DNA of 24,000 nucleotides from Gibbsiella quercinecans (GTDB lineage Bacteria; Pseudomonadota; Gammaproteobacteria; Enterobacterales; Enterobacteriaceae): NCBI RefSeq assembly GCF_002291425.1, contig NZ_CP014136.1, positions 4,888,925 to 4,912,924 of the forward strand, read 5' to 3'. Shown piece by piece: positions 17,028 to 24,000 of this stretch (position 1 is its first letter; each line of letters starts with the position of its first letter). The notes under the pieces were generated by a model. It saw only the letters and a program-made list of their open reading frames with translations, ran no database searches and was not told where the DNA came from. The position numbers and the translations under genes were made by a program.

Positions 17028-17115
17028 ATTAAAATCCTCTAAATGATATTAAGTTTGTGCCCGTTGGGTTACGGGCAGAAGGTGCGGCCATTATGCCAGA
17101 AGAAATTTCAGGCAG

Positions 17116-17490
17116 TTACTGTGGATATATCAGATAAAGCAAAACCTGAATCGGTGGGGAAATTGCTGATTCTTCAGAAGCCGTAAAACGACATGGATAA
17201 CGGATAGTTGATTCGAAAATTCTAACGAAGCTATGAGCGAGATAATGAATTACACCTCGGAATATTATAGCCAGTTCTACCCCATCAATAAGTCTGTTGA
17301 GCAACGCATCCAGCCTAGCGGATCCACTCAAGTTAACGGATCTCCGACATAAGCATAGATATTCAACCCACCCGCCAACCCTAGCGGCTCCGGCGAAATA
17401 ATTTATCTGATTTTCGGGTCGTACTACCGGCTTTTGTAGTAAATATCTTTCGTAACGTCGCCATAGTGTAAGGAATTGCTTACGCTACCG
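17116..17490 (-). pseudogene. Second-lineage Rhs/YD tail remnant plus short C-terminal domain
   Basis: The minus strand reads DIYYKSR-TAG-YDPKIR-stop, then IISPEPLGLAGGLNIYAYVGDPLT-stop-VDPLG..., then DALLNRLIDGVELAIIF... across three frames. It has the RYYDP...DPxGL architecture but is broken by stops and frameshifts, and its sequence differs from the main Rhs tail. Confidence 0.55.
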
Positions 17491-17500
17491 GCATATTTCT

Positions 17501-17782
17501 TTATGGCATCCGCATTAAACACTCCCGAAGACGCCTGAGTAACTCGGGATCATCAAGACAGTCTAAGGGTCTGATTTTGTCAAGCATAGGTACTTCCTGT
17601 TCTATCCACCATTCTCCTTCTTTTATCCCTCTTTTTCCGTAAATAACGATTGCTAAGTCAATGGCGCCATTGAGTTTACTAGATAAAATACGTGCATTTT
17701 CATCTAGATAATCCTCAGCGTAGAGCTTTACAAAGTCATTCCAGTCAGCGTCACTAGAATAATACCTTTCTAATCTATGCAT
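17501..17782 (-). CDS. Small immunity/antitoxin-like protein, paralog C, with DUF2384-like C-terminus
   Basis: 93 aa from ATG 17782. The ORF track's TTG at 17803 is less likely, because the ATG start gives the same length and N-terminal alignment as A and B. The ATG lies 1 nt after the RES toxin stop. C-terminus: WWIEQEVPMLDKIRPLDCLDDPELLRRLRECLMRMP. Confidence 0.65.
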   Translation of the reverse strand: MHRLERYYSSDADWNDFVKLYAEDYLDENARILSSKLNGAIDLAIVIYGKRGIKEGEWWIEQEVPMLDKIRPLDCLDDPELLRRLRECLMRMP

Positions 17783-17783
17783 A

Positions 17784-18128
17784 TTAAAATCCAAAGGAAA
17801 CAATCAAACTTGAACCAGTAATATTTTGTGCTGAAGGAGCTAATATCCCGTCATATCCTTGAGACTTAGCCCATGATCCAATCTGATGAGTAACATCATA
17901 TTCACTTCCAGTAATATCTTTTAAGGATACACCAGGTTGATCTCTGACATTTGGACGTGTCAGATCCAAGACATTATTGAGCTGCACTTTTTTGCTGGTT
18001 AGCTCACGAGTAGATAAATTAACTTTCTATGCATTAACTTCAGCAAGAGCTGTTTTCCGAGAGTTTGCACCATACACACCACCCAAACCTTTTCCTGTAT
18101 ATCGATGGTTTGCGCCCCTACATTCCAT
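17784..18128 (-). pseudogene. RES-domain toxin, 5'-truncated and interrupted by an in-frame TAG (18027-18029)
   Basis: Reads MECRGANHRYTGKGLGGVYGANSRKTALAEVNA-stop-KVNLSTRELTSKKVQLNNVLDLTRPN...YDVTHQIGSWAKSQGYDGILAPSAQNITGSSLIVSFGF. This is the R...Y...S..AL.E ... DLT ... G.DGI..PSA layout of RES domains. Confidence 0.65.
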
Positions 18129-18139
18129 TTAAGCATTTG

Positions 18140-18325
18140 GCAGCCGCTCAAACTGCGTGTCATGCCGGGCAGCATTGCCATTACCGTACCGTGCAGGATA
18201 TTCGGGATCTATGGCGCTGTCTCGAAGGACTGAGGCGGGAACCGTTCGATGAGCACGCCGCCGCCGAGTGGCTTAACCGCTTTCCCGGCGGGCTGGTTCT
18301 GGCGGAGATTACGAGCAGTGACTGA
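18140..18325 (+). pseudogene. Gene-tail remnant (copy B): ...ITVQDIRDLWRCLEGLRREPFDEHAAAEWLNRFPGGLVLAEITSSD-stop. Homologous to 12450..12583.
   Basis: Similar to copy A at the nucleotide level. It carries a 5-nt tandem duplication (accgtaccgt, 18183-18192) that shifts the frame relative to copy A, and is followed by a terminator. Confidence 0.45.
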
Positions 18326-18334
18326 CCTATAATA

Positions 18335-18374
18335 AAAAAGCCGGAAGGATCATTAAGATCGCTTCCGGCTTTTT
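18335..18374. terminator. Bidirectional rho-independent terminator
   Basis: AAAAAGCCGGAAG...CTTCCGGCTTTTT: a GC-rich stem flanked by an A-run and a T-run, between the convergent remnant (stop 18325) and the immunity gene (stop 18376). Confidence 0.75.
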
Positions 18375-18375
18375 A

Positions 18376-18582
18376 TCAGCAAAAATTAAAATAGATATTA
18401 CTTATTAAATCACCATCAACTTTTTCGACAGTCCTTGTCTTGACTTTATTAAAGTCAGCTAAAATGCCTTTTACTGGCACATCATCCCTTGAAATATCGC
18501 CATAGAATGATTCTCTCTCACTCTCTGGAATATACTTATTTATTAAATAAATAAGATTTTTTCTTAATTCTTCATCTGTCAT
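18376..18582 (-). CDS. Cognate immunity protein of the main Rhs toxin (family not recognised)
   Basis: 68-aa low-GC ORF whose ATG lies 5 nt after the rhs stop codon, the typical toxin-immunity arrangement. Confidence 0.65.
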   Translation of the reverse strand: MTDEELRKNLIYLINKYIPESERESFYGDISRDDVPVKGILADFNKVKTRTVEKVDGDLISNIYFNFC

Positions 18583-18587
18583 GGCAT

Positions 18588-21500
18588 TTACTCTGGAATA
18601 ATACTAACTTTATCGAAAATAACAGTATAACCCTTTTCTACTGGTAGTAACTGTAATGCCCCCCCTTTGCCATACTCAGGATATGCGCTGGTAAAAAGTT
18701 CATACCCCGGCCCTCTATCACCATTGGCAAGCGGGACTTTAACCTGAGGTACTCCATTCTTATAAAGCTGTAGAGTATCAAATTCCCCTAACAGTCGAGC
18801 ATCACTCCATGAATCAGGATTACCTTTTTCGTAAAAAATTTGATATGCATCTCTGGCGTCATGTCCGGTTTTATATTTTGTATACCCGAAGTAACTTAAT
18901 GGAGCCGACTTGCTTTCCATTGTCTGCGCAGCAAATTTACTATTCATATACCGATAAGCAGTGGAAGGCATGGTCGCACTCGGCCCCGCTGGCCCAACAT
19001 AAAAATCGGGTTTGCTACCGGAACTACATTTACTCAAACCTAACGGATCGATCCAAGTAAGCGGATTCGGCGCATACTGATAAAGGTTAAGACCGCCTCT
19101 TAGCCCTATCGGATCCGGCTGCGTAAACCTACCGCACTGCGGGTCGTAGTATCTGAACAGGTTATAATGCAGTCCGGTTTCCCGGTCAAGGTATTGCCCC
19201 TGATAACGCAGGTTCTGCGGGGTTGCCAACTGCTGCGGGGTGCTCTCGCTGCGGGTTTCGCCCCAGGCGGAAAACTGTCCTTGCCACACCAGGTTGCCGT
19301 GCTCGTCGGTCATGCGTGTCGGCAGGCCGTTCAGCTCGGTATGGTACCAGTAGACCTCGCTGCTTTCGCCGATGCTGTCGACGCGCGCCAGCGGTTCCCA
19401 ACTGTTCTCTTGATAAAGGTAACGCGTAGCCTGTTCAGGGCGCAGGCTGCTTTGTTCTCCCACCATCCGCAGGCCGTTCCAGTGGAACGTGACGGTTTCC
19501 GGTTCGCCGTGGTGCGGGTAGAGGATTTTTTGGCTACGGCGGCCCAGGGCATCGTAGCGGTATTCCGCCCGTTGATAATGCGGGTTGCCGGTAAAGCTCA
19601 CGCCGGTCAGCCGGTGTTCCGCGTCATAGCTGAAACGTTGTTCTTCACCCTGTGGGCCGTTGTGGCGCCAGTTCAGGCGGCCAAAGCGGTCATAGCCCCA
19701 GCGTGTGCCGCCCAGGCGTTGCAGCAGGTTGTGCCAGACCGTGGCCGATGAACTGTCGGTGCGGTTGCCGGCGGCGTCGTAATGGAAACGTTCTTCCTGA
19801 TGTGGCTGGATACTGTGGGTGAGCTGCCCGCGCGCATCGTAGCCGAAGCGGCTTTGCAGGCATTGCGGCCCCGGTTGGCCGATGCCGTCTTCGGTGAACA
19901 TCTGCTGCACCAGTTGATCCTGGCGATCCCACAGGTAACGGCGTTCAAACAGGAAAGCGTGCTCACGTTCACCGGTTGCACGGCGCAGGGTGATGCGCCC
20001 AAGTGCATCGTAACGCGTCTCCTGGTGCAGCGCGCCCTGGGTGCGGCTGATTTCACGGTGCAACGCATCCCGCTGCCAGCCGGCGATATCAAACGTGCGG
20101 CCGCCGTGTTGCAGATTCATCTGCAGCAGGTGGCCGGTGCCGTAGCGCAGGTGGTTCAGGGCGCTACCGTCCGGCATCCGAGTGGTCAGCAGGTTGCCCA
20201 GCGGATCGTACTCATGCTGCCAGTGGCCGCTTTGGTTATCTTCGCTGCACAGGTTGCCGGCGGCGTCGAGGGAAAAGCGCAGCGTCTCTTCCCACTCAAC
20301 GGGCTCTCCGGTTGCCTGGGCCTGTTGCCAACGGGCCAGCGTGGTGCGGCGCAGCTCCACGCTGCGATCTTCATAGCCGTATTCGGTGTGGCTGTCGGCG
20401 GTGTCCTTCGCTACCCGGCGCCCCAGCGCATCATAAGTCAGCCGCGTGTGCAGCGGCGCAGTGAGTTCGCCCTCGGCGGCCAGTGGGTATTCGGTGATCT
20501 GTGTGAGTTGCCCCAACCGATCATAGCCATACTGCGTACGGCGCCCGGCATAGTCGGTTTGCGCCAGCAGGCGATCGCCGTTGTCATAATCGAACTGCCA
20601 GCGATCGTGGTTGGGGTTAAGCAGGGCGGTCATGCGACCGAAGCGATCGTACTGATAGCGGGTTTGCAGGCCCGCCGGATCGGTTTCACTCACGATTTGG
20701 CCACGCACGTTGCGCGCTACCTGGCGTTCAGACACGCCATCGACAGACTCGCGGCACGGTAGGCCGGCCCGATCGTAATCATAGAGGGTTTCACGGCCGT
20801 CGGGGCGGATCAGGCGCTGCAGGCGGCCTGCCGCGCTCCAGTGGAAGCGGGTGCTGTTGCCTGCAGCATCGGTGCTGCTCAGCAGCCGGCCGCTATCGTC
20901 GTACTGGCGCGTGGCTGAATGGCCGGAGCAGTCTTCCTCCCGCACCAACTGGCCGCGTTCGTTCCACCAGAAACGCGCCGTGTTCTCCAGCGCGTCGGTA
21001 CGGGTAACCAGATCGCCCTGATCGTTCCAGCTAAAACGCGTCACGTGGCCCAGCGGATCGGTCTGTTCGACCGGATCACCCAGTACGTTATAGCGGTATT
21101 GCCAGCAGGCGCCGTCAGGCAGCACCGTTTTCAACGGCAGTGCCCAGGCGGCATGCCAGGTGGTCTGGGTTGCCCGGCCCAGCGGATCGCGTAGCAAGGT
21201 CAGATTGCCGCGTTCGTCATGTGCCAGTTCCCAGCGTTGCCCTTCCGAGTTGACTACTGTGCTCAGGCTTTCACGCTGTGCCGACCATTGGAACTGCCAG
21301 CGGGCGCCGTAGCTGTCGGTATAGTCGGTAATGCGGTTCAGCGCATCCCAGTGGTGTTCGGTGCTGCCGCCGGACAGGCAGGTGACGACGGCGCTGCGCG
21401 CCTGCTCATCCGCATCCAGCACCCAGTGTTCCAGGCTTTGCTGCTGCTCATCCAGCACTTCATAGGCATTGACGCGCCAGTGCGGGCCTTGTGCGGCGGG

Positions 21501-22352
21501 TTGCCAGTGATAACGCACGGTCAGCCCGGAGGCATAGCTGTGCCAGGCCATCAGCCCGCAGTCGCTGTCCCAGCCAAAGCGGCGCGTGGTGATGCCGTCC
21601 GCATCCTGCACGGCGATCAGTTGCCCCTGTTCGTTGTAGCGATAATTCACCAGCGCATGCCGTTCATTGCCTACGCATTGGTGCACGGCGGCCAGCCGGC
21701 CGTGGTGCGCTTCATAGCTAAGTTCAACTTCCAGCGCCTGATTGTCGCTGGCGATGTTGATCAACTGGCCGGCGCTGTTCCAGGTGAAGTAATGGCAGTT
21801 CTCATGGCGATCATAAATACGGGCGATGCGCCATTCGCCTTCACGGGCCGGATCGGGTTCATAAAGCTGATGTTCGCCATCGGTGTTTTGCAACAGCATC
21901 ACCCCTTGCCGGGTGCAATAGAGGGTAAAGCCGTCTTCATAGAAATGGATAATGTCGCCGGGCTCAACGGCGCCCAGGCCAATTTCGCGCCCGGTGATGT
22001 CGCGCCAGACGAATTGCAGGCTGCCATCGTCAGCCTGGAAACGGATCAGGCGGGTTTCGAACGGCAGCATCCAGCCGGTGCCCAGCATGCCGGTGGAGCG
22101 GTTACGGCTGTGGTACAGGCGCTGCCAGTTCAGCGGCAAGCGGTCCGCCAGCGTAAAGTCCAGATCTTCTTCACCAGCCAAGATCTTGGCGCCAGTGGGA
22201 ATATGCACCGGCAGGGCAGTCATGGTGGCAACGGTCAACGCCCGTGCGGCCGACGCCCCGATGGCATTGGCCGCCAGTTCGGAGGCGGCAGCGGCAGCCA
22301 GCGTACAGGCGATTTCTTTCATCGCCTGGCGCCGTACCACGCGGCTGAACAA
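18588..22352 (-). CDS. Rhs family polymorphic toxin (YD-repeat shell, RHS core, variable C-terminal toxin), 5'-truncated by IS insertion
   Basis: 1254-aa ORF with many YD repeats (RYxYD, GRLxxxxD) and the core end RYYDPQCGRFTQPDPIGLRGGLNLYQYAPNPLTWIDPLGL. A 148-aa low-GC C-terminal domain spans 18591-19034. The annotated start is only a TTG. The same frame stays open 27 more codons to about 22432, where it meets the IS end, and no PAAR or N-terminal region is present. Confidence 0.9.
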   Translation of the reverse strand: MFSRVVRRQAMKEIACTLAAAAASELAANAIGASAARALTVATMTALPVHIPTGAKILAGEEDLDFTLADRLPLNWQRLYHSRNRSTGMLGTGWMLPFETRLIRFQADDGSLQFVWRDITGREIGLGAVEPGDIIHFYEDGFTLYCTRQGVMLLQNTDGEHQLYEPDPAREGEWRIARIYDRHENCHYFTWNSAGQLINIASDNQALEVELSYEAHHGRLAAVHQCVGNERHALVNYRYNEQGQLIAVQDADGITTRRFGWDSDCGLMAWHSYASGLTVRYHWQPAAQGPHWRVNAYEVLDEQQQSLEHWVLDADEQARSAVVTCLSGGSTEHHWDALNRITDYTDSYGARWQFQWSAQRESLSTVVNSEGQRWELAHDERGNLTLLRDPLGRATQTTWHAAWALPLKTVLPDGACWQYRYNVLGDPVEQTDPLGHVTRFSWNDQGDLVTRTDALENTARFWWNERGQLVREEDCSGHSATRQYDDSGRLLSSTDAAGNSTRFHWSAAGRLQRLIRPDGRETLYDYDRAGLPCRESVDGVSERQVARNVRGQIVSETDPAGLQTRYQYDRFGRMTALLNPNHDRWQFDYDNGDRLLAQTDYAGRRTQYGYDRLGQLTQITEYPLAAEGELTAPLHTRLTYDALGRRVAKDTADSHTEYGYEDRSVELRRTTLARWQQAQATGEPVEWEETLRFSLDAAGNLCSEDNQSGHWQHEYDPLGNLLTTRMPDGSALNHLRYGTGHLLQMNLQHGGRTFDIAGWQRDALHREISRTQGALHQETRYDALGRITLRRATGEREHAFLFERRYLWDRQDQLVQQMFTEDGIGQPGPQCLQSRFGYDARGQLTHSIQPHQEERFHYDAAGNRTDSSSATVWHNLLQRLGGTRWGYDRFGRLNWRHNGPQGEEQRFSYDAEHRLTGVSFTGNPHYQRAEYRYDALGRRSQKILYPHHGEPETVTFHWNGLRMVGEQSSLRPEQATRYLYQENSWEPLARVDSIGESSEVYWYHTELNGLPTRMTDEHGNLVWQGQFSAWGETRSESTPQQLATPQNLRYQGQYLDRETGLHYNLFRYYDPQCGRFTQPDPIGLRGGLNLYQYAPNPLTWIDPLGLSKCSSGSKPDFYVGPAGPSATMPSTAYRYMNSKFAAQTMESKSAPLSYFGYTKYKTGHDARDAYQIFYEKGNPDSWSDARLLGEFDTLQLYKNGVPQVKVPLANGDRGPGYELFTSAYPEYGKGGALQLLPVEKGYTVIFDKVSIIPE

Positions 22353-22466
22353 TGATTGTGCCAGTTTGAGTCCGTCTCTGCCCAGGCTGCCGACCAGGGC
22401 GCCGATAAAGTAGGCCAGGGCATTCCCCCTCTGTCAGGATAGATGGCACCCCTATCGAAAACACTA

Positions 22467-22970
22467 ATGACAAGATGGGACCCGATCGTGAAACGTATTT
22501 CACCAGAACGTAAATCAGCCGCACTGGCTAAATTACTGCCGCCCTACAACATGACCGTCACCGCAGTTGCACAGATGGAAGGGATATCAGAAGCTACCCT
22601 CTATAACTGGCGTAACAAGGCGAAAGCAGAGGGAATACCGGTGCCGGGTGCAGACAAAACCACAGACCAATGGTCAGCCGATGCCCGGCTGGCAGTGATT
22701 ATCGAAACCGCCACACTCAGTGAAGCGGAACTGGCGCAATACTGCCGTAAGAAAGGGATTTATCCTGAGCAGATTAGTCAGTGGAAACAAGGATTTTTGC
22801 AGGTATCTTCGCCTAATGATAAAGCCGCGCTCAGACAAAGCCAGAAAGAAGTCAAGCAACTGAAACGCGAACTGGTTCGTAAGGAAAAGGCGCTGGCGGA
22901 GGCGGCAGCGATACTGGTGCTCCGAAAGCAGTTGCGGGACTTCTACGGGGAAACCGACGAGGACGACTGA
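22467..22970 (+). CDS. IS3-family transposase OrfA
   Basis: HTH region (MTVTAVAQMEGISEATLYNWRNK) and a heptad-leucine region (LKRELVRKEKALAEAAAILVLRKQL). The start could be ATG 22443, ATG 22467 or GTG 22488. Confidence 0.8.
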   Translation: MTRWDPIVKRISPERKSAALAKLLPPYNMTVTAVAQMEGISEATLYNWRNKAKAEGIPVPGADKTTDQWSADARLAVIIETATLSEAELAQYCRKKGIYPEQISQWKQGFLQVSSPNDKAALRQSQKEVKQLKRELVRKEKALAEAAAILVLRKQLRDFYGETDEDD

Positions 22971-24000
22971 CATCCGGCACAGAGCGACAGGTCCTGGTGG
23001 GTTATGTGCGCGAAGCGATGGTGTCAGGCGCTCGATTGTCGGTGTCGCTCACTGAAGCCGGATTAAGTGAGCGGACGTGGCGACGCTGGCAAATCGCGAT
23101 GGAGGACAAGCGTGCCAGCGCAGTCAGACCCTCGCCGGCGAACCGGCTAAGTGCGCAAGAAGAGCAACAGATACTGGCGGTGTGCCATCAACCCGCGTAT
23201 GCCAGCCTGCCCCCGTCACAAATCGTGCCGGAGCTGGCTGATAACGGGATTTATCTGGCGAGTGAATCAACCTTCTACCGTGTGCTGCGTCGGCATGGAG
23301 AAGCGCATCGCCGGGGACGACAGCGAGCGGCACAGAAAGTCACCCCGGCAACGACCTGGCAGGCCAGTGGGCCGAATCAGGTGTGGACATGGGATATCAC
23401 ATGGCTCCCGTCAACCGTGAAGGGACGCTGGTTTTACCTGTATCTGGTGGAAGACCTCTTCAGCCGAAAAATCGTGGGATATGAAGTGCATGAAGCAGAA
23501 AGTGGCGAGCAGGCAGCCGCCCTGATACAGCGCACGGTACGTCGGGAAGGATGCTGGCAATGTCCGCCGGTGCTGCATGCGGATAATGGGGCGGCGATGA
23601 AGTCGCAGACGTTGCAGATGAAGCTGCATGAGTTGGCAATAACGCCGTCTCACAGCCGGCCAAGGGTCAGTAACGATAATGCCTATGTGGAATCGCTGTT
23701 CAGGACGCTGAAATATGTGCCGCAGTGGCCGTCATCGGGGTTCGACAAGTTAGATGATGCGCGTGAATGGGTAGAGAGTTTTACCCGGTGGTATAACGAA
23801 ACGCATAGACATAGCGGCATCAGGTACGTAACGCCAGGCCAACGGCACCGTGGTGAAGATGGCAGGGTGCTGAAGAAGCGGGATGACGTGTACCAGATGG
23901 CAAAAGCGCAACGACCTGAACGCTGGTCTGGCAGGACACGGAACTGGCAACCGATAGGCGAGGTAATGCTGAATCCAGAGCGAGAAAAACAGGCAGCCTA
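22883..24000 (+). CDS. IS3-family transposase OrfB (DDE integrase core, -1 frame, partial at window end)
   Basis: My own translation of the -1 frame, which is open from 22883: ...NQVWTWDITWLPSTVKGRWFYLYLVEDLFSRKIVGY...PVLHADNGAAMKS...RPRVSNDNAYVESLFRTLKY...WYNETHRHSGIRYVTP. It is absent from the ORF track because it has no ATG and no stop in the window. Candidate slip region GGAAAAGG at 22883-22890. Confidence 0.8.

Larger units (their letters stand above)
22433..24000 (+). mobile_element. IS3-family insertion sequence (left end in window, right end beyond window)
   Basis: A TG-initiated end lies near 22433. orfA has an HTH and a leucine zipper, followed by orfB in the -1 frame with a DDE integrase core. 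The rhs reading frame stops exactly at this junction. Confidence 0.85.

Noticed and set aside
17058-17077. Hairpin TGCCCGT-TGGGTT-ACGGGCA between the orphan CT and immunity paralog B, considered as a terminator.
   Set aside because: There is no U-tract on either strand and it is only a 7-bp stem. That is insufficient to call a rho-independent terminator.
11455-18325. Whether the repeated segments could represent a CRISPR array or a tandem repeat locus.
   Set aside because: The repeats are few (two copies each), long (130-950 bp), diverged and irregularly spaced, and they are recognisably gene fragments. No short regular direct repeats with unique spacers occur anywhere in the window.
18591-19034. 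Possible R-S-E ADP-ribosyltransferase motif in the main Rhs toxin (YRY ... SKS ... PEY), which would tie it to the ARH gene.
   Set aside because: The spacing between the candidate Arg and the Ser-x-Ser (about 13 residues) does not fit ART folds, and there is no ExE/QxE. The resemblance is too weak to claim.
22171-22524. 117-aa minus-strand ORF spanning the rhs/IS junction.
   Set aside because: It is out of frame with rhs, runs antisense through the IS end and the orfA start, and has a low-complexity Arg/Gly-rich translation. It is an artefact of the junction.

Overview
24-kb high-GC enterobacterial-type chromosomal segment (Serratia/Yersiniaceae-like by gene content; the taxon is inference only). 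Left 3.9 kb: a DoxX membrane protein, a YcjM-like GH13 sugar phosphorylase and a MocR-type regulator. 4.2-11.6 kb: a complete seven-gene Nit1C nitrilase/radical-SAM cluster (Sll0783-0787 / MSMEG_0567-0572 families). It is preceded by a near-consensus sigma-54 promoter and extended by an overlapping PrpE-like acyl-CoA synthetase as an eighth gene. 11.7-22.4 kb: a mosaic of low-GC cassettes and high-GC Rhs core sequence, mostly on the minus strand. It holds a large Rhs polymorphic toxin whose 5' end is cut off by an IS3-family element, its small immunity gene, and a decayed array of orphan Rhs tails, toxin remnants and immunity genes. One remnant is clearly a RES domain with an in-frame stop. 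The immunity genes include three paralogous small proteins with an Xre/MbcA/ParS (DUF2384)-like C-terminus and an intact ADP-ribosylglycohydrolase. A ParE/RelE toxin-antitoxin pair sits at the edge. Two kinds of fossil flank are embedded in the array and suggest stepwise acquisition: a degenerate second copy of the synthetase 3' end, and two copies of another gene tail. From 22.43 kb to the window end: an IS3-family element (orfA, then orfB in the -1 frame, running off the window). No rRNA, tRNA or CRISPR array was seen.
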